DNA of 64,000 nucleotides from Blepharisma stoltei ATCC 30299 (lineage: Eukaryota > Protista > Ciliophora), in assembly GCA_965603825.1 (NCBI GenBank), contig CBFDEM010000040.1, positions 776,864 through 840,863 on the forward strand. Direction: 5' to 3'. Shown here in pieces: positions 50,489-62,041 of this stretch. The notes under the pieces are model-generated. The model was not told the DNA's origin, did not search any database, and saw only the letters and a list, made by a program, of their open reading frames with translations. Made by a program: the position numbers and the translations under genes. The stretch's first letter is position 1, and each line of letters begins with the position of its first letter.

Positions 50489-50879
50489 CAAATATATTAA
50501 TTAAACATTGATGAAAAAATAAAGTTTTTGATGAATCGGTTTTGTTTCCATGAGAAGTTTAAAATGCAAAGGAGGTATTATCAGCTTAAAACGAAATGCT
50601 CCCAACTAAAATAAAATTGGAAAAGTTGAAAAAAAATTTAATAAATTCAGGTATAAAAATCGAAAAACGAATGAATAAAAAAAGGATTTATGTTCTTGCG
50701 ATTTCTCAAAAGACGATCGAACCTATGATAAGCCAGATAAAAGCTATATGCTTGAGTAATAACTTTGTTTATTTGGAAACTCAAAATTTGTATGAGTAAT
50801 GGCTGATTAGTTATAAATTTCTCATATATAAATGTCCAATTGGCTTTTCAGTAAATATAAAGATTGTTATAAATTAATT

Positions 50880-53411
50880 TTATTTAATACGTGGCTCTAT
50901 TATTCCATGGTGTTGATTCAAAAGTTCATAATAATGCTTATGTTTTGGTTTTGTATCTGAAGCTATTTGCTGAGTTTCATAATTGCTTGGCAATGTATTG
51001 GTCTGAAGAGTTTTTCTGGAACTTAAAAATTCTCTGACATCTATATCACTTTCATTCACTCTTATTAATGGGGGGATTTCTGTTTCCCTCAACAATGCTC
51101 AAGCATGTTGCTTTGCATTTTCCAGGTTTTTTAATATTAAATCTGAAATAATCTCTTTAGTGTTGTATGTATCCAAGAGTTTCCTCTTAGGGGATCTTTC
51201 TTGAGTTCTTTCAATTTTTATGCTATTTTCTGATGAAAATGCAGGTGGAGGCAAAGGCTTTGGCAAAGTTCTAATATAATCATTATTAGGGCTGGGCCAT
51301 TTTGGAGATGTAATAGAATTTTTTTCTTTAAAAGGAGACTTTGATCTGCCTTTGTTAGGGGTTGGGGATTTTGATGATCGCTTTGCTTTTTCGGAGTCTT
51401 GAATAAAGCAGATTCTACTAGGCTGCTCCTCATTAAATTGTTGATCATATTGCACCTCTCTCATTTTCCTCTCTAATATTTCTTCTTGGTACTTTAGAAG
51501 AGAAAGCTCATTTTTTCTTGAGTCAGTCATTTTTTTCAATAAGACATTTAAATTTGATCGCAAACGAGCAACTTCAGCTTTTTCTTGGTTTAGCAATTGC
51601 TTTGTTTTCTAAATAATTCTTACTTGAATTTGCTGAGATTGGTAGTCTTGGTATTGCTTTTCATGGTTTTCCCTCAATTTTTCTAATTTTCGCATATAGT
51701 CAATATTAAGCTCTTTTTCTCGTTTTTCAAGCTTAGATTTGACCTCTTCCATCACCAGATGATTATAATTCTCTTCAAAAGTCTGCTCTAGTTCTTGAAT
51801 TTTAAACCGGGTTTCATTTTCCTGCCTTTTTCTAGCATTTTCGTGCTCTTCCTCTATTGATTCTTGAACTTCTTTCCTTATTTCGTCTTCTTTCCTAAGC
51901 CTAACCTCCATTTCAATTCTTCTCACTAACTCAGTTCGGACTTCTTTTTGCAATTGCTCCCTAAGTTTTTCTGTAAGCCCAACTCTCAACCTAAAGTCAT
52001 GCTCTTTTTTTAGTTCTTCAAAGCATTCAGCCCTTATTTTTTCTGACATAGTTTTTTCTCGTTCTCCATCAGCTTCGTCGATTTCTTTGATTTTTGCTAC
52101 AATAGCAGCCTCGGAATCTTTTTTCACTTGGTCAATGAGCTCTTGGATTTCTACTTTTGCTTGGGTTCTTAGTTCTGAACTTTTTTTGGAAATTATTTGA
52201 TCTTGCTCCCGATTAGCAATTATCCTGCATTCTTCAATAAGAAATGGCATTATATCTTTTTTCCATGCTTCTTTTTCGCTGTATAATCTAATTTCATTTT
52301 CTGAAATGATTTCTTCATTCATGCGATCCAGCTCATCAGTTGATAGCTGCGTATCTTTATCTGTTTGCTTCTTCTTTTGAATGGCTGCAATCTTCTGCTG
52401 TGCTTTTATTTCATATTCAGCTTTAAATTTCGCAATTATTGCTTTTTGCAAAGCCTCAGACTGCTCATTAAGCTTCTGGTCCAGAAGGTTATCATAAAAT
52501 TCTTTTAAGCCTTGCTCTTCTTGACTATGATATTGAATTGCTTTGACTTCCATTGATTTTAGTTTTCTATCTAATTCCTGGACTTTTTTTTGCCAAAATT
52601 TATTAAGTGCTGTTTTGGTTTCTTCGATTCCTTGGGAAATTTGAGACTCGAATTTGGAAGCCAACGCTGATTGATCAGCCTCAAATTCTTTTTCAAGCTG
52701 GCTTCTCAATATATTTTCCTTTTCTTTAATATCCTCTTCAAATGCTGATTGCAAGATTTCTGAATATTTTTGAATTTTATTTTCTGTAATGATGGATGGG
52801 TCTTCTGCCATGATTTCACTTAAAATGCTTCTGAGTTCTTGAGGATTAACTGAGCTGCTCAAATTTGTCTGTTTATTCAAACTTTGGGTAAAAGCTTGTA
52901 GTCTGCAATTTTTCAAATGATCACTAATAGACAAACTTTCTAGGCATAAAGATTCAGGAGTCACTAGAGGAGAAGTTGAGACTTTAGTTGTTATTTCCAA
53001 CATTTCAGGGCGAGTTGCAATCAGAACTTGCAGATCTGCTTCGTTAGAAATTTGCTGAAATATTTCTCGTTCTTTTTTCAAATAATCTTTCTTAAGTTTA
53101 AGAATTGAATTTTCAGACTCAGAACGCATACGCGATATTTCATTGCAGATTTCCGCGTCGGTTAAATCAGTTGCTTCCATAAGATTTTTCATTTTATGAT
53201 CAATTTTTGAGGCTTCTTCAATAGAAATTATTGACTCAATATGTTTTTCGTTGGTATCTATGCAATTGAAGTAGCTTTCTAATGTGTCAAGGGAAGCCTT
53301 TTCTCTCATGTGTCTGAACTTTTTATAAGCAGCACTGAACTGAGGCGTTCCCAAAGGACTTTCGAAAATTCCTGTGTTTTCTAAGCTTTCAATCCATTTG
53401 TCTTTTTGCAT
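50880..53411 (-). CDS. Large coiled-coil protein
   Basis: Three ORFs joined by the intron 51609..51623 and TGA 51099. Confidence 0.8.
51609..51623 (-). other. 15-nt intron
   Basis: gtaagaattatttag. Confidence 0.82.
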
Positions 53412-53532
53412 TTAAAATTTTGAATTTTATTTATATGATAGCATTAATATTTATTCTTCGAAAACATGCCAATTCCTACAAATTGAAAAGCTCGCTTTGA
53501 AATAATTAATAAGATTGTCCTAAATAATTAAG

Positions 53533-54354
53533 CTAGATTATAAATTTATCATGCAATTGAATTACTCCTCCATAGTGAGTATTGAGTCTTAAATCTATAA
53601 ACAAACTCTCTATTTCAGATACCTTGATTGGTAAAAGCCAAGTCCAACTTTTTTCACCAAAAAATATCTGAAAATTCTCATACAATGAGGCGCTTCCATA
53701 TATGTCTTGCTTTTTCTCTAATAAATATGATATATCTGTAGCAGCCCTTATCATATCTAAGAACGCTGCCAAATTGAAAAAAGCTGCTAAGCCAGAATAT
53801 ATGCACGTGAACACAACGTCTAATCCGTAGGAAGGTGCCTTTGTGTTTTTCATGACTTCATAGTTCAATGCAAAAACAATTATTGAACCGATTGCAATAT
53901 ATAAATACAGATTTGCATGAAACTTGAAATTATAGTAGCCAATGCATTTTCTGAAGAAAAAGTTATGGTTATACCTATAAAAAACACATCTTTTGCAGCT
54001 GTAGCAATGAATAGCATGAGGAGGTCTGCATAAGTTGCAAGAAGTACATAAATGCACCTTTGCTGGTATGACATCGTTTTCATCGATACAGTCTGATGGA
54101 GTATATTTACTTTCTTCTGATAAATCCCTGATGTTAATATTGTATTTCACTTCTCCTGGCTCTATAATAAAGCAAAAAATAAAATAGATAATTACAAAAG
54201 CTGAGTCAATTAATAAAATAACGAGGCCAGCTAGCATTAGATTTGTTCTTGAATCCAGTGTAAAAACAGTGTAGATTGTATTAGCATAACAGGAGGCTAC
54301 AGCGATGTACCAACTTAAGTAAAAAAAAATCGAAGCCCAGAGTTCCTTATTCAT
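53533..54354 (-). CDS. Divergent zDHHC palmitoyltransferase-like protein
   Basis: 4 TM plus a Cys-rich domain CTSCNLCRPPHAIHCYSCKRCV..CIGYYN and NFQIFFG..WLLP; DHHC is replaced by YNHN. Confidence 0.8.
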   Translation of the reverse strand: MNKELWASIFFYLSWYIAVASCYANTIYTVFTLDSRTNLMLAGLVILLIDSAFVIIYFIFCFIIEPGEVKYNINIRDLSEESKYTPSDCIDENDVIPAKVHLCTSCNLCRPPHAIHCYSCKRCVFYRYNHNFFFRKCIGYYNFKFHANLYLYIAIGSIIVFALNYEVMKNTKAPSYGLDVVFTCIYSGLAAFFNLAAFLDMIRAATDISYLLEKKQDIYGSASLYENFQIFFGEKSWTWLLPIKVSEIESLFIDLRLNTHYGGVIQLHDKFII

Positions 54355-55275
54355 TTTTATCAGCTTTAATATCCCAATTTAGATTAATTTAAACCAAATA
54401 CCGAGTAATTGATAGCAATTAAAGACTTGCTCTAAAAAATATTTTCATTGCAAATTAATTAATGAAATAACAAATTCTAATAAAACCAACTTTTAAGTTA
54501 AAGAATAATTAACTGATTTATTGATGTAAATATTGCTAAATAAAGTTTAAAATAGCTGAAAGCTAAAATTTTTGGAAAAATAATAATCTTAGCTAATTGC
54601 CACAATAAGACTAGCTATATATCATTTCTATATAAATTTTCTCATCTGAATTAATAGCACTGGTAGTTATAAATTTAGCCTCTCAATATTATATAAAACT
54701 TTTTTATTGGAGTCTTATAATATGCCAAATACCATAAGTAGAATATTATCAAAATCGATTCAATACTTGAATGGTAAAATTAGGTAAGATTGATTTACAT
54801 TAATGAGTGTGCTAGATCACCCACAATTGATATTTTAATTTAAGATTGGCACACCAAACAAAATTTGCCAAAATTTTAATTAATGGATGCACAGTGAGCA
54901 CATCAAAGAAGCTTGCTTGAACTTGCAACTCATGTCGGGTCCTTCCTTTCCGATGCTTTCTGTGCTCGCGTGTCTCTGGTGAAGACCATTGACTTCTGCT
55001 TTGCATCATATAACTCACGAGCAAGTAAAACAACTCTCCGATCAATTTTGGAAATATTGGGGATGATGAATATGAATTTTTTATTTCATATATTTACAAA
55101 TTTGGATTTGTTAACAATTTATATATAATATTTAATATGAAATGTTATAAAAAGCGTTCCCTTATTAGCGTGAAGAAACACTTCTTGTTAGCAAACAGGG
55201 AGTTAGAAGATCTTCTCTTCCTGTGGCGCATTCAGAATAAGCCCAAAGCCATTATCACTACCTTTTCTTAGCAGA

Positions 55276-55350
55276 TAATTTTGAGATTATCATTATTAAT
55301 TATTCATCAGCAATTAATTTTGAGATTATCATTATTAATTATTCATCAGC
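55276..55350. repeat. Perfect 36-bp direct repeat, two copies, period 39
   Basis: taattttgagattatcattattaattattcatcagc at 55276..55311 and 55315..55350. Confidence 0.9.
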
Positions 55351-55355
55351 TACTT

Positions 55356-55772
55356 CTACAAACCAGATTGAGAATAGTAGTGAGAAAATCTAATCCCATG
55401 GTTTTCCAAATATGACTCAGCTCTGTCAAGATTGATATTTCTATCAATAATATTTCTTGTAACAGCCCATTGCTTTAGCCTGCTCTTATTTTTGGGTTTA
55501 TATTTCTTTTTTAACTCATAGTTTATCTCTCTGCCACTTATCATGCTCATTGGATTTCTATGAACACTTATAGGAGGTAATTTTTCGAAAATTGTTTCTT
55601 TGACTCTTGTTGGTTTTCGTTTCGGACTCAAAAGTGGAGATGAGCACTGAGAATTTGTAGGACTAAATATCGAAGCAATCTCTGACTTTGTTTTCTCTAA
55701 TTCTTCCAATACATCAAAACTTCCAATCCTACTAAGTGAACAACTAATTTTCGGATTATATTTTCTTCTCAT
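55356..55772 (-). CDS. Hypothetical basic protein
   Basis: 138-aa ATG..TAG ORF; no recognised motif. Confidence 0.55.
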   Translation of the reverse strand: MRRKYNPKISCSLSRIGSFDVLEELEKTKSEIASIFSPTNSQCSSPLLSPKRKPTRVKETIFEKLPPISVHRNPMSMISGREINYELKKKYKPKNKSRLKQWAVTRNIIDRNINLDRAESYLENHGIRFSHYYSQSGL

Positions 55773-56176
55773 ATATTTATTTATTGCAAAATTACTTTAA
55801 ATTTATGTGATCAAGCTGGCATTTTTGTGTGTTAGAACTTGAAATTTTGAATGATAGGATTAATAAAATAACCATAAACTTAATAAGCTGTTTTTAGACA
55901 GCTCAAAGCTAAGCACTGATGGAAATTGCATTAGCACAACTAAGGATAATTTTAATTAACCTTCCTAATTTAATCACAGAGAAAATGATTTAAGTGCCTC
56001 TTATTATTCAACAAATAAAGCAATTGATTAATAAGAAGTAGTCCTATCCATTTAATTAAGAATCAATAAAGATTTTTATATTTTAGATATCAAATATTTT
56101 ATTTGGGGTATTATAGAAGATATAATGTTAGCATCTTCTACATAGAAGTTTAAACACTATCAATAGCTATTTTATT

Positions 56177-57433
56177 TTAGTAAAAATCTTCATTTTGGAT
56201 CATCTGTGCGAATGTCTGCTTTCTTCTTATCAATATATTCTCTTCGTTATTTAGTAACAACTCTGCACTTTCAGGAAAGAAGTTATAATTTTTAGTGCAC
56301 ATAGAACTACAATAAGCCCCTGCATCTTTTATAATGCATAAATCGCCAATTCTAATTTCCCCGCTAATTCTCTCATCAATTTTATCACCGTTCCCATAAG
56401 AAGGCGATATCAAATCAGATGATTCACAACAGTGGCCTACAAATACATATTTTTTTTTATTTTCTCTCTTTGGTAAAGTTATGATATTATGTCAAGCTCC
56501 ATAAAGGCATGGCCTTATAATTTCAGTCATTCCTGTATTAAGCTTCACAAATTCATACTCAGAGGTTCTAGCTATATCAATTACTTTACATAAAATGATT
56601 CCTGCTCTGGCCATAAGGTATGTTCCTGGCTCTATTTCAATTTGTATTTGCCTTCCAGTTTTATTGTAAAAATCAATTATTTTTTCTTTGACACGATTTC
56701 CAATATCCAAAATATCGCACTCTGTTTCCTTTTCTCTGTATCTTGAGATTTTGAATCCCCCTCCCATATCAATAGTTTTAACATCTGGGAGATTTTCAAC
56801 CAGACCTAAAAGGGTCTCGGCTGCCAAGACTCATTTATTGGGATAATTTCCAGAGCCTATGTGGCAATGAATTTTATCAATCGTTAATGAGTGTTCTTCA
56901 CAAATAGCCTTTACTTCTCCCAGCAATTCGTATCATATTCCAAAACTTGCAGATGGCCCTCCAACAGTTGTCTTTGAGAAACTTCCTGATCCCATTCCTA
57001 TATTAATCCTAATCCCCACACTTGTTGAAGCAAAAAGCTCTGCATACATCTCCAATTGGTGAAGGCTGCTCGCAATAAATTGAACTCCACTATGAATTGT
57101 TGACATTAAATCAGTTGGCAGTTCTTGACAAACAAGTGAAATCTTTTCAGGCTCAACGCCGCAGTAGAGTAGTTTTTCAACTTCATACTCAGAGCTTGCA
57201 TCAAAATGCAGTCCTAAGTTATTAAAAATTCTTAAAATTGATAAATTTGAATTCGCTTTGACGGCATATCTTACCTTCAAGCCAAAAGCATTTGGAAACT
57301 CAAGAATTGATTTTATTGAATTTTCAATAACTTTTTGGTTATATATATATAGCGGAGTCCCGTATTCCTCTGAAATTGAATACAGTCTTGATTCAGTTAA
57401 GCATCACTCATCTATGATAGTTACTTCGTCCAT
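56177..57433 (-). CDS. lysA: Diaminopimelate decarboxylase (LysA-type, PLP fold III), 418 aa
   Basis: YGTPLYIY, RYAVKAN (PLP lysine), FDASS, HCHIGSG, DMGGGF, IEPGTY, IRPCLYGA, GHCCESSD, DAGAY, NYN. Four TGA (57404, 56933, 56831, 56492). Confidence 0.88.
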
Positions 57434-57682
57434 TATATGGACTGAGTCTCAGATCATTATTACTGTTTCATATGTATAAATAAATTATAAAAATATAAGT
57501 TGGCCTGCCTATTTGGCAGAGGAGACATTCTAATATTTATTATCTTTACTGAATTTCAGAATATATAATCTTTTTAAAGTAGAAAAAACTTGAAGCTTAA
57601 ACTTTTGTTGCTCTAAGACAGCTATGAAAAAGTTAATAAACTTAAAACTTTTATTTTTCTTTTAATAATAGCATTGGACAAT

Positions 57683-58975
57683 ATGTCATCAAGACTAGCT
57701 GTAAGGCATCATAGCATGTTTTGTTCACCTTCTCAAGATAAAACAGACAGTCTAAAGACGTTTAAAAAATTCGAATCACTCATTTTAGAAGGATGCAGTA
57801 ATTCGCATCATAAGCCAAATAAGAGCTTCTGTACTTCTGATTTAATATCAAAGCAAAAGGTCTCAATGCTAGTTAAATCGTCACAATCTAAAGCAGATTC
57901 AGCAGCTAACAGGTCATTTAAAGCACCAACTACTCAAAAATATTGTACTCTCAATTCCCCTAAGAAAATGATTCAAATTACCCCCAACCCTCTTCTAAAA
58001 GATAGTTTAGAAAAGAAGCGAAAAAATGAAACTTTAGGGCATACTATTCAATCTAGTTCTTCTTCAAATATTGTTCGAGCTTTATTTCCCAAGCCTCATA
58101 GTGCAAGAACTGCTCCTCCTATAAAATCCGAAAAATCAATAGAAAATTTCACCCAAATAACACTATGCGAGAAAATTCCAAAATCGAATAATTTTACCCG
58201 TAAAAAAACGTCAAGATCTAAAACATCAGCGACTTGTACCATAGAGGACAACATGGTTGAAGGAAAACTGCAAGAGCTCTTAATGAAAGACCACTTGCAT
58301 GAAACATATTTAGCGCTTAAAACGACGAGAGAACTCCCGGCCCCAGACATTAAACTTGTAAAAGCAAGGCAAATAAGTCTTCCAAGAAAGCCCGGATGTG
58401 AAAATAAAAAAACACTTATTTTCGATATGGACGAAACACTTATTCACTGTGAGGAATCAAAATGAATTGAAACAGATGCCCAAATCACTATAACCTTGCC
58501 AACTGGAGAGAAAGCCAATAGTGGGATTAATATAAGGCCTTATGCAGTAGAGTGTTTGAGGGAAGCAAGCAAACTCTTTGAGGTTATCGTTTTTACAGCA
58601 GCTGAAAGATATTATGCAAACGCAGTGCTGGATATCCTGGATCCAAGACATGAATTTATTCATCATAGGCTGTATAGAGAAAGCTGTATTTGTGTTGATG
58701 GAATAATGGTTAAAGATTTAAGGATTTTCCTTGACAGAAAAATCCAAGATATTGCAATTGTTGATAATTCAGTTTATAGTTTTGCTTTCCAGCTTGATAA
58801 TGGAATTCCGATAATTTCATGAACAAACCGGAAAGAAGATAAAGAGTTGTTGAATTTGATAGATTATTTGAAGCAGCTATCGGAAGCTGATGATATTAGG
58901 GCTTTCAATAGGAAAAGATTCAAGCTTCGCGCATTTTATCAGGATTATGTTGACAAATTTGTCGACAGCAATTAA
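57683..58975 (+). CDS. CTD small phosphatase-like (NIF/FCP1 domain) protein
   Basis: TLIFDMDETLIH, INIRPY, FTAA, VKDLRI, IVDNS, NGIPIIS-W. TGA at 58463 and 58820; TAA 58973-75. Confidence 0.92.
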
Positions 58976-59304
58976 TATTTGAAAATCATAGCGATAATAA
59001 CTGGTTTTAGTCATAAATTCATTTATTTAAATTAAAAGCAAGAGTCAATCTCATTTTCAATGCTGAAAAGTAGCATCTTTCAAAATTTTTTAATGATTTT
59101 GGATGATTTAAGGGTTTATTTAATTCCATAGAGATTTCTGCTGTAAGCATGCAATCAATATTAATGACAAATAGCTATCTATTTTGCTTAAGATCTTTTC
59201 AAAAATTTTATTTTGTATTTTGCTTAAAAAAACTAAAATTTTATGAAAAAATAATCTAGCTAGATTTAGCATAATCTCTTCCTCTATAAATATAAAAATA
59301 TTTT

Positions 59305-59643
59305 ATACTTTGCTGCTTAAGAATTTTAAGAAATTATAAGCAGCTATGATGCCAGTCCTTGCCTCGATCAGCGAGTATCTATTCCAGAAATAATCCCTAA
59401 GGGTTTTCCCAGCCTTTGATCTACCCATGAAGGGAATACTCCCAGATTCATCAATCTCGATGGGTATGTTGTTGTGTGTATGTTATTTCTCTCCTCCTCT
59501 CACAATTAATTATAGGGACATGAACTCTGCTGGACTCTAAATTCTGCCCGTTCTAGGAAGGTTTTATCTTCACCTCTCTGCTGAGGCCGCAACTCTCTAT
59601 TCTAGGCTAGATTTTCTGTCTAAGCATAAAATTTTATCCTCAT
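59305..59643 (-). pseudogene. Degenerate coding-like island, possible mobile-element remnant
   Basis: GC-richer than its flanks; open stretch NIPIEIDESGSIPF...YSLIEARTGIIAAYNFLKF preceded by stops. Confidence 0.25.
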
Positions 59644-59694
59644 TGCTTAAATCTAAACGATATTAATTGCAATTTAAATATTTTTTATTTTAAA

Positions 59695-60369
59695 ATGAAA
59701 AGAACTGGACGACTATCAACAAGTCAGCTCAGCCTAAAAGAAATGATTGACGCTCTAGACAGAGATGGCCTCCTAAATGAACTTCAAACCCTTTTGTCCA
59801 AAGTTCATACCAAGGTTTCAACTCTAAAAGGAAATAAAAAAGAAGCCCTAATGAATTTGCTCGATCTCCTCGTCACAAAAGAATGAAAATCAACCACAAC
59901 GGCCTCTACAGAAGCTGATGAAACCCCAGTGCGGACTCCCATCTATTCAGCCCAGCAATCTCCTATCAATTCAAGACCAGGGACCCCTTCGAACTCCAGC
60001 TTAAGCTTACTGAACCTAAAACACAGAAGAAACGCCTCCATCAGTGAACTGACTGAGACTTATGTGAATAACCACAAACTTTTTGAAGAAAATCAAAAAG
60101 AAGAGCTCGATTATTTGGTGATTTTAACATAGAGCGAATTTTCACATCCGAAAATTGCACTTTCATTTCCGAAAGCAAAAAGAGACTTAGGAGAAGTCAA
60201 AGACGTGAATCCTGGGCCTGGGTCTTACAACCCTAAAACAGTGCTCATAGAAGAATCAACCCCAGGCTCAGTTATCCCTAAAGGTGGGAAGCGCTTTGAG
60301 TTCAAAGTATCAGAAACCCCAGGACCTTGCTATTACAAGCCAAAGCGCTTTTTTACTTCAAAAAGATAA
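59695..60369 (+). CDS. Protein with C-terminal SHIPPO-type PGP repeats
   Basis: TGA 59884, intron 60118..60132, then NPGPGSYNP and TPGPCYY; TAA 60367-69. Confidence 0.78.
60118..60132 (+). other. 15-nt intron, GTG donor
   Basis: gtgattttaacatag. Confidence 0.78.
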
Positions 60370-60395
60370 ATTGTGATTTTTTAATACATATTTAT

Positions 60396-61856
60396 TTAAA
60401 TCGCAGAGGTATCGAATCTTTTTTCTTCGTTTTCGTCTTCTTCATCTGAAGAAATTGCAAGTTTCACCTCTTCGACTGAGTCACCACTTTCAGTGCCTTC
60501 TTCATCCTCATAGGAGCTATTTAGTCCGAGCTGCTTGTGCTCAAATAAAACATTGTTAGTTCTGGAGTATTCGTCGGGCTTGTGAGGGCATAAGCCAGCA
60601 CTTTCAAGAAGATCATATGGGTTGTTAACACTTAAAGGGATTCCTGTATTGTAAGGGAGTAGAGGGAGATTGCCTTCGGGTTGAGGCGTTAGATAAGAAT
60701 CAATCATAGTGCTTATAGGTCTGAAACAGGAAGGGATAATACTAAATTGTTTTTTCATAGAGAAAGTAATAATAGATCGTCCAGCTTGTATAGTAATTTT
60801 ATGAGCTAATGAGATAGGGCGCTTTATTTGTATCAAAGTCCCAAACTTTCCTCCTGAATCTTCCAAATAAAAGTGCCCAGCTGCATAATTTAGCATCGCA
60901 TGGGTCCTAGATACCGATATGTCTTGCGCCCTTAAGTCGCACTCTTGGCTTCTTCCTATTTTTATTGAACTTTTGCTGCACAAACTTACAACATGCAAAC
61001 TCTTATTAGACGTTTTATCTTTACAAAGGCCTTCCAATATAATGTATTGCCCTGGCGGCTTAGGGATATCCAAAAGCTCTATAACTTTTTGCCCCAAAAT
61101 AAATTTATATGGGTACTCTTTTTTGCATAAATCACAACAAAGTTTTTTTCATACAAATGACACTGAGCAGTCGCTATATCTGCTAGTGATTTTTGATCTC
61201 AAGCACTGTTGTAGACATTTTATATGAATATATTTCATAGTCCCATCGCACTTGCACGGAGCTATTAGAGGGTTATCGTCATCATTTGACTCACTTAAAC
61301 AGATTCTGCAAGGCAGCTTATAAATTTTGGATGGAGGAGGCTCTTCACTGTGCTCGCTGCTTTGATTTTGTGAAAGCATATCAGACATACTAAAAGTTTC
61401 AAGTCCAGGGACTGCCGTTGAGCTTATTTCTTTTACCCTAAATTTCAGTTTTCCTAGTTTTATCACATCGCCTTCGGCAAGTCTATAGCCTTTAGCAGAA
61501 TGGGAATTTTTCAATGCCCTTACAACAAGCCACGTTTTCTCGAAATGATCTCTTCGGAGTTTTTTTCCATTTACAGAGCTCACTGGGGTTATTGCAAAGT
61601 TTTCTGCTTATGAGTTACTGTCAATAAGATGGACTTTTAAAATATATTTCATTCCACTTGTCCCTGCAAGAGAGCGAAAGGTTGAAGAAAACTCAAGATC
61701 ATCTCCATTTCTAAGAAGAAAGGAAGGTGTTTCAGTTTTGATCAGGCTTTTAGAGACGCTTTTTGAGTCATAATCAAAGAGTTCATTTGAGTCTTTTTCC
61801 CATGTCAAAATGCTTGCTTGAATTCTGAGTTTTCATTACATTGCTTTAAAATTCAT
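60396..61856 (-). CDS. FHA + RINGv (MARCH-type) + FHA putative E3 ligase
   Basis: LAEGDVIKLG; CRIC..APCKCDGTMKYIHIKCL..W(TGA 61149)..CDLC; IGRSQECD..VSRTHA..KFGT. Introns 61604..61618 and 61825..61839. Confidence 0.88.
61604..61618 (-). other. 15-nt intron (phase 1)
   Basis: gtaactcataagcag; contains an in-frame TAA. Confidence 0.8.
61825..61839 (-). other. 15-nt intron (phase 2)
   Basis: gtaatgaaaactcag; links ATG 61854-56 to ORF 61608..61808. Confidence 0.75.
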
Positions 61857-62041
61857 AAATTATTTAATTATTTGATATTATTATTTTAAAGACTTTGAGT
61901 TTTAAAGTACGACTCTTTCTTTTTAGATAGGAAAGATAAAGCGTCATTATAAAGAAAGTATAATATATTTAAAAAAAAAGTTTAAAAGCCCTAAATGATC
62001 TAGATCAAATGCTAAATTATTCAGAGTATTGCCTTTTAGAT

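Noticed and set aside
50596-50799. 67-aa Lys-rich ORF
   Set aside because: Short, low-complexity and AT-rich, with no motif support.
4403-58975. Many split ORFs interpreted as pseudogenes or selenoproteins
   Set aside because: The breaks are TGA at conserved Trp (not Cys) positions, or 15-16 nt introns.
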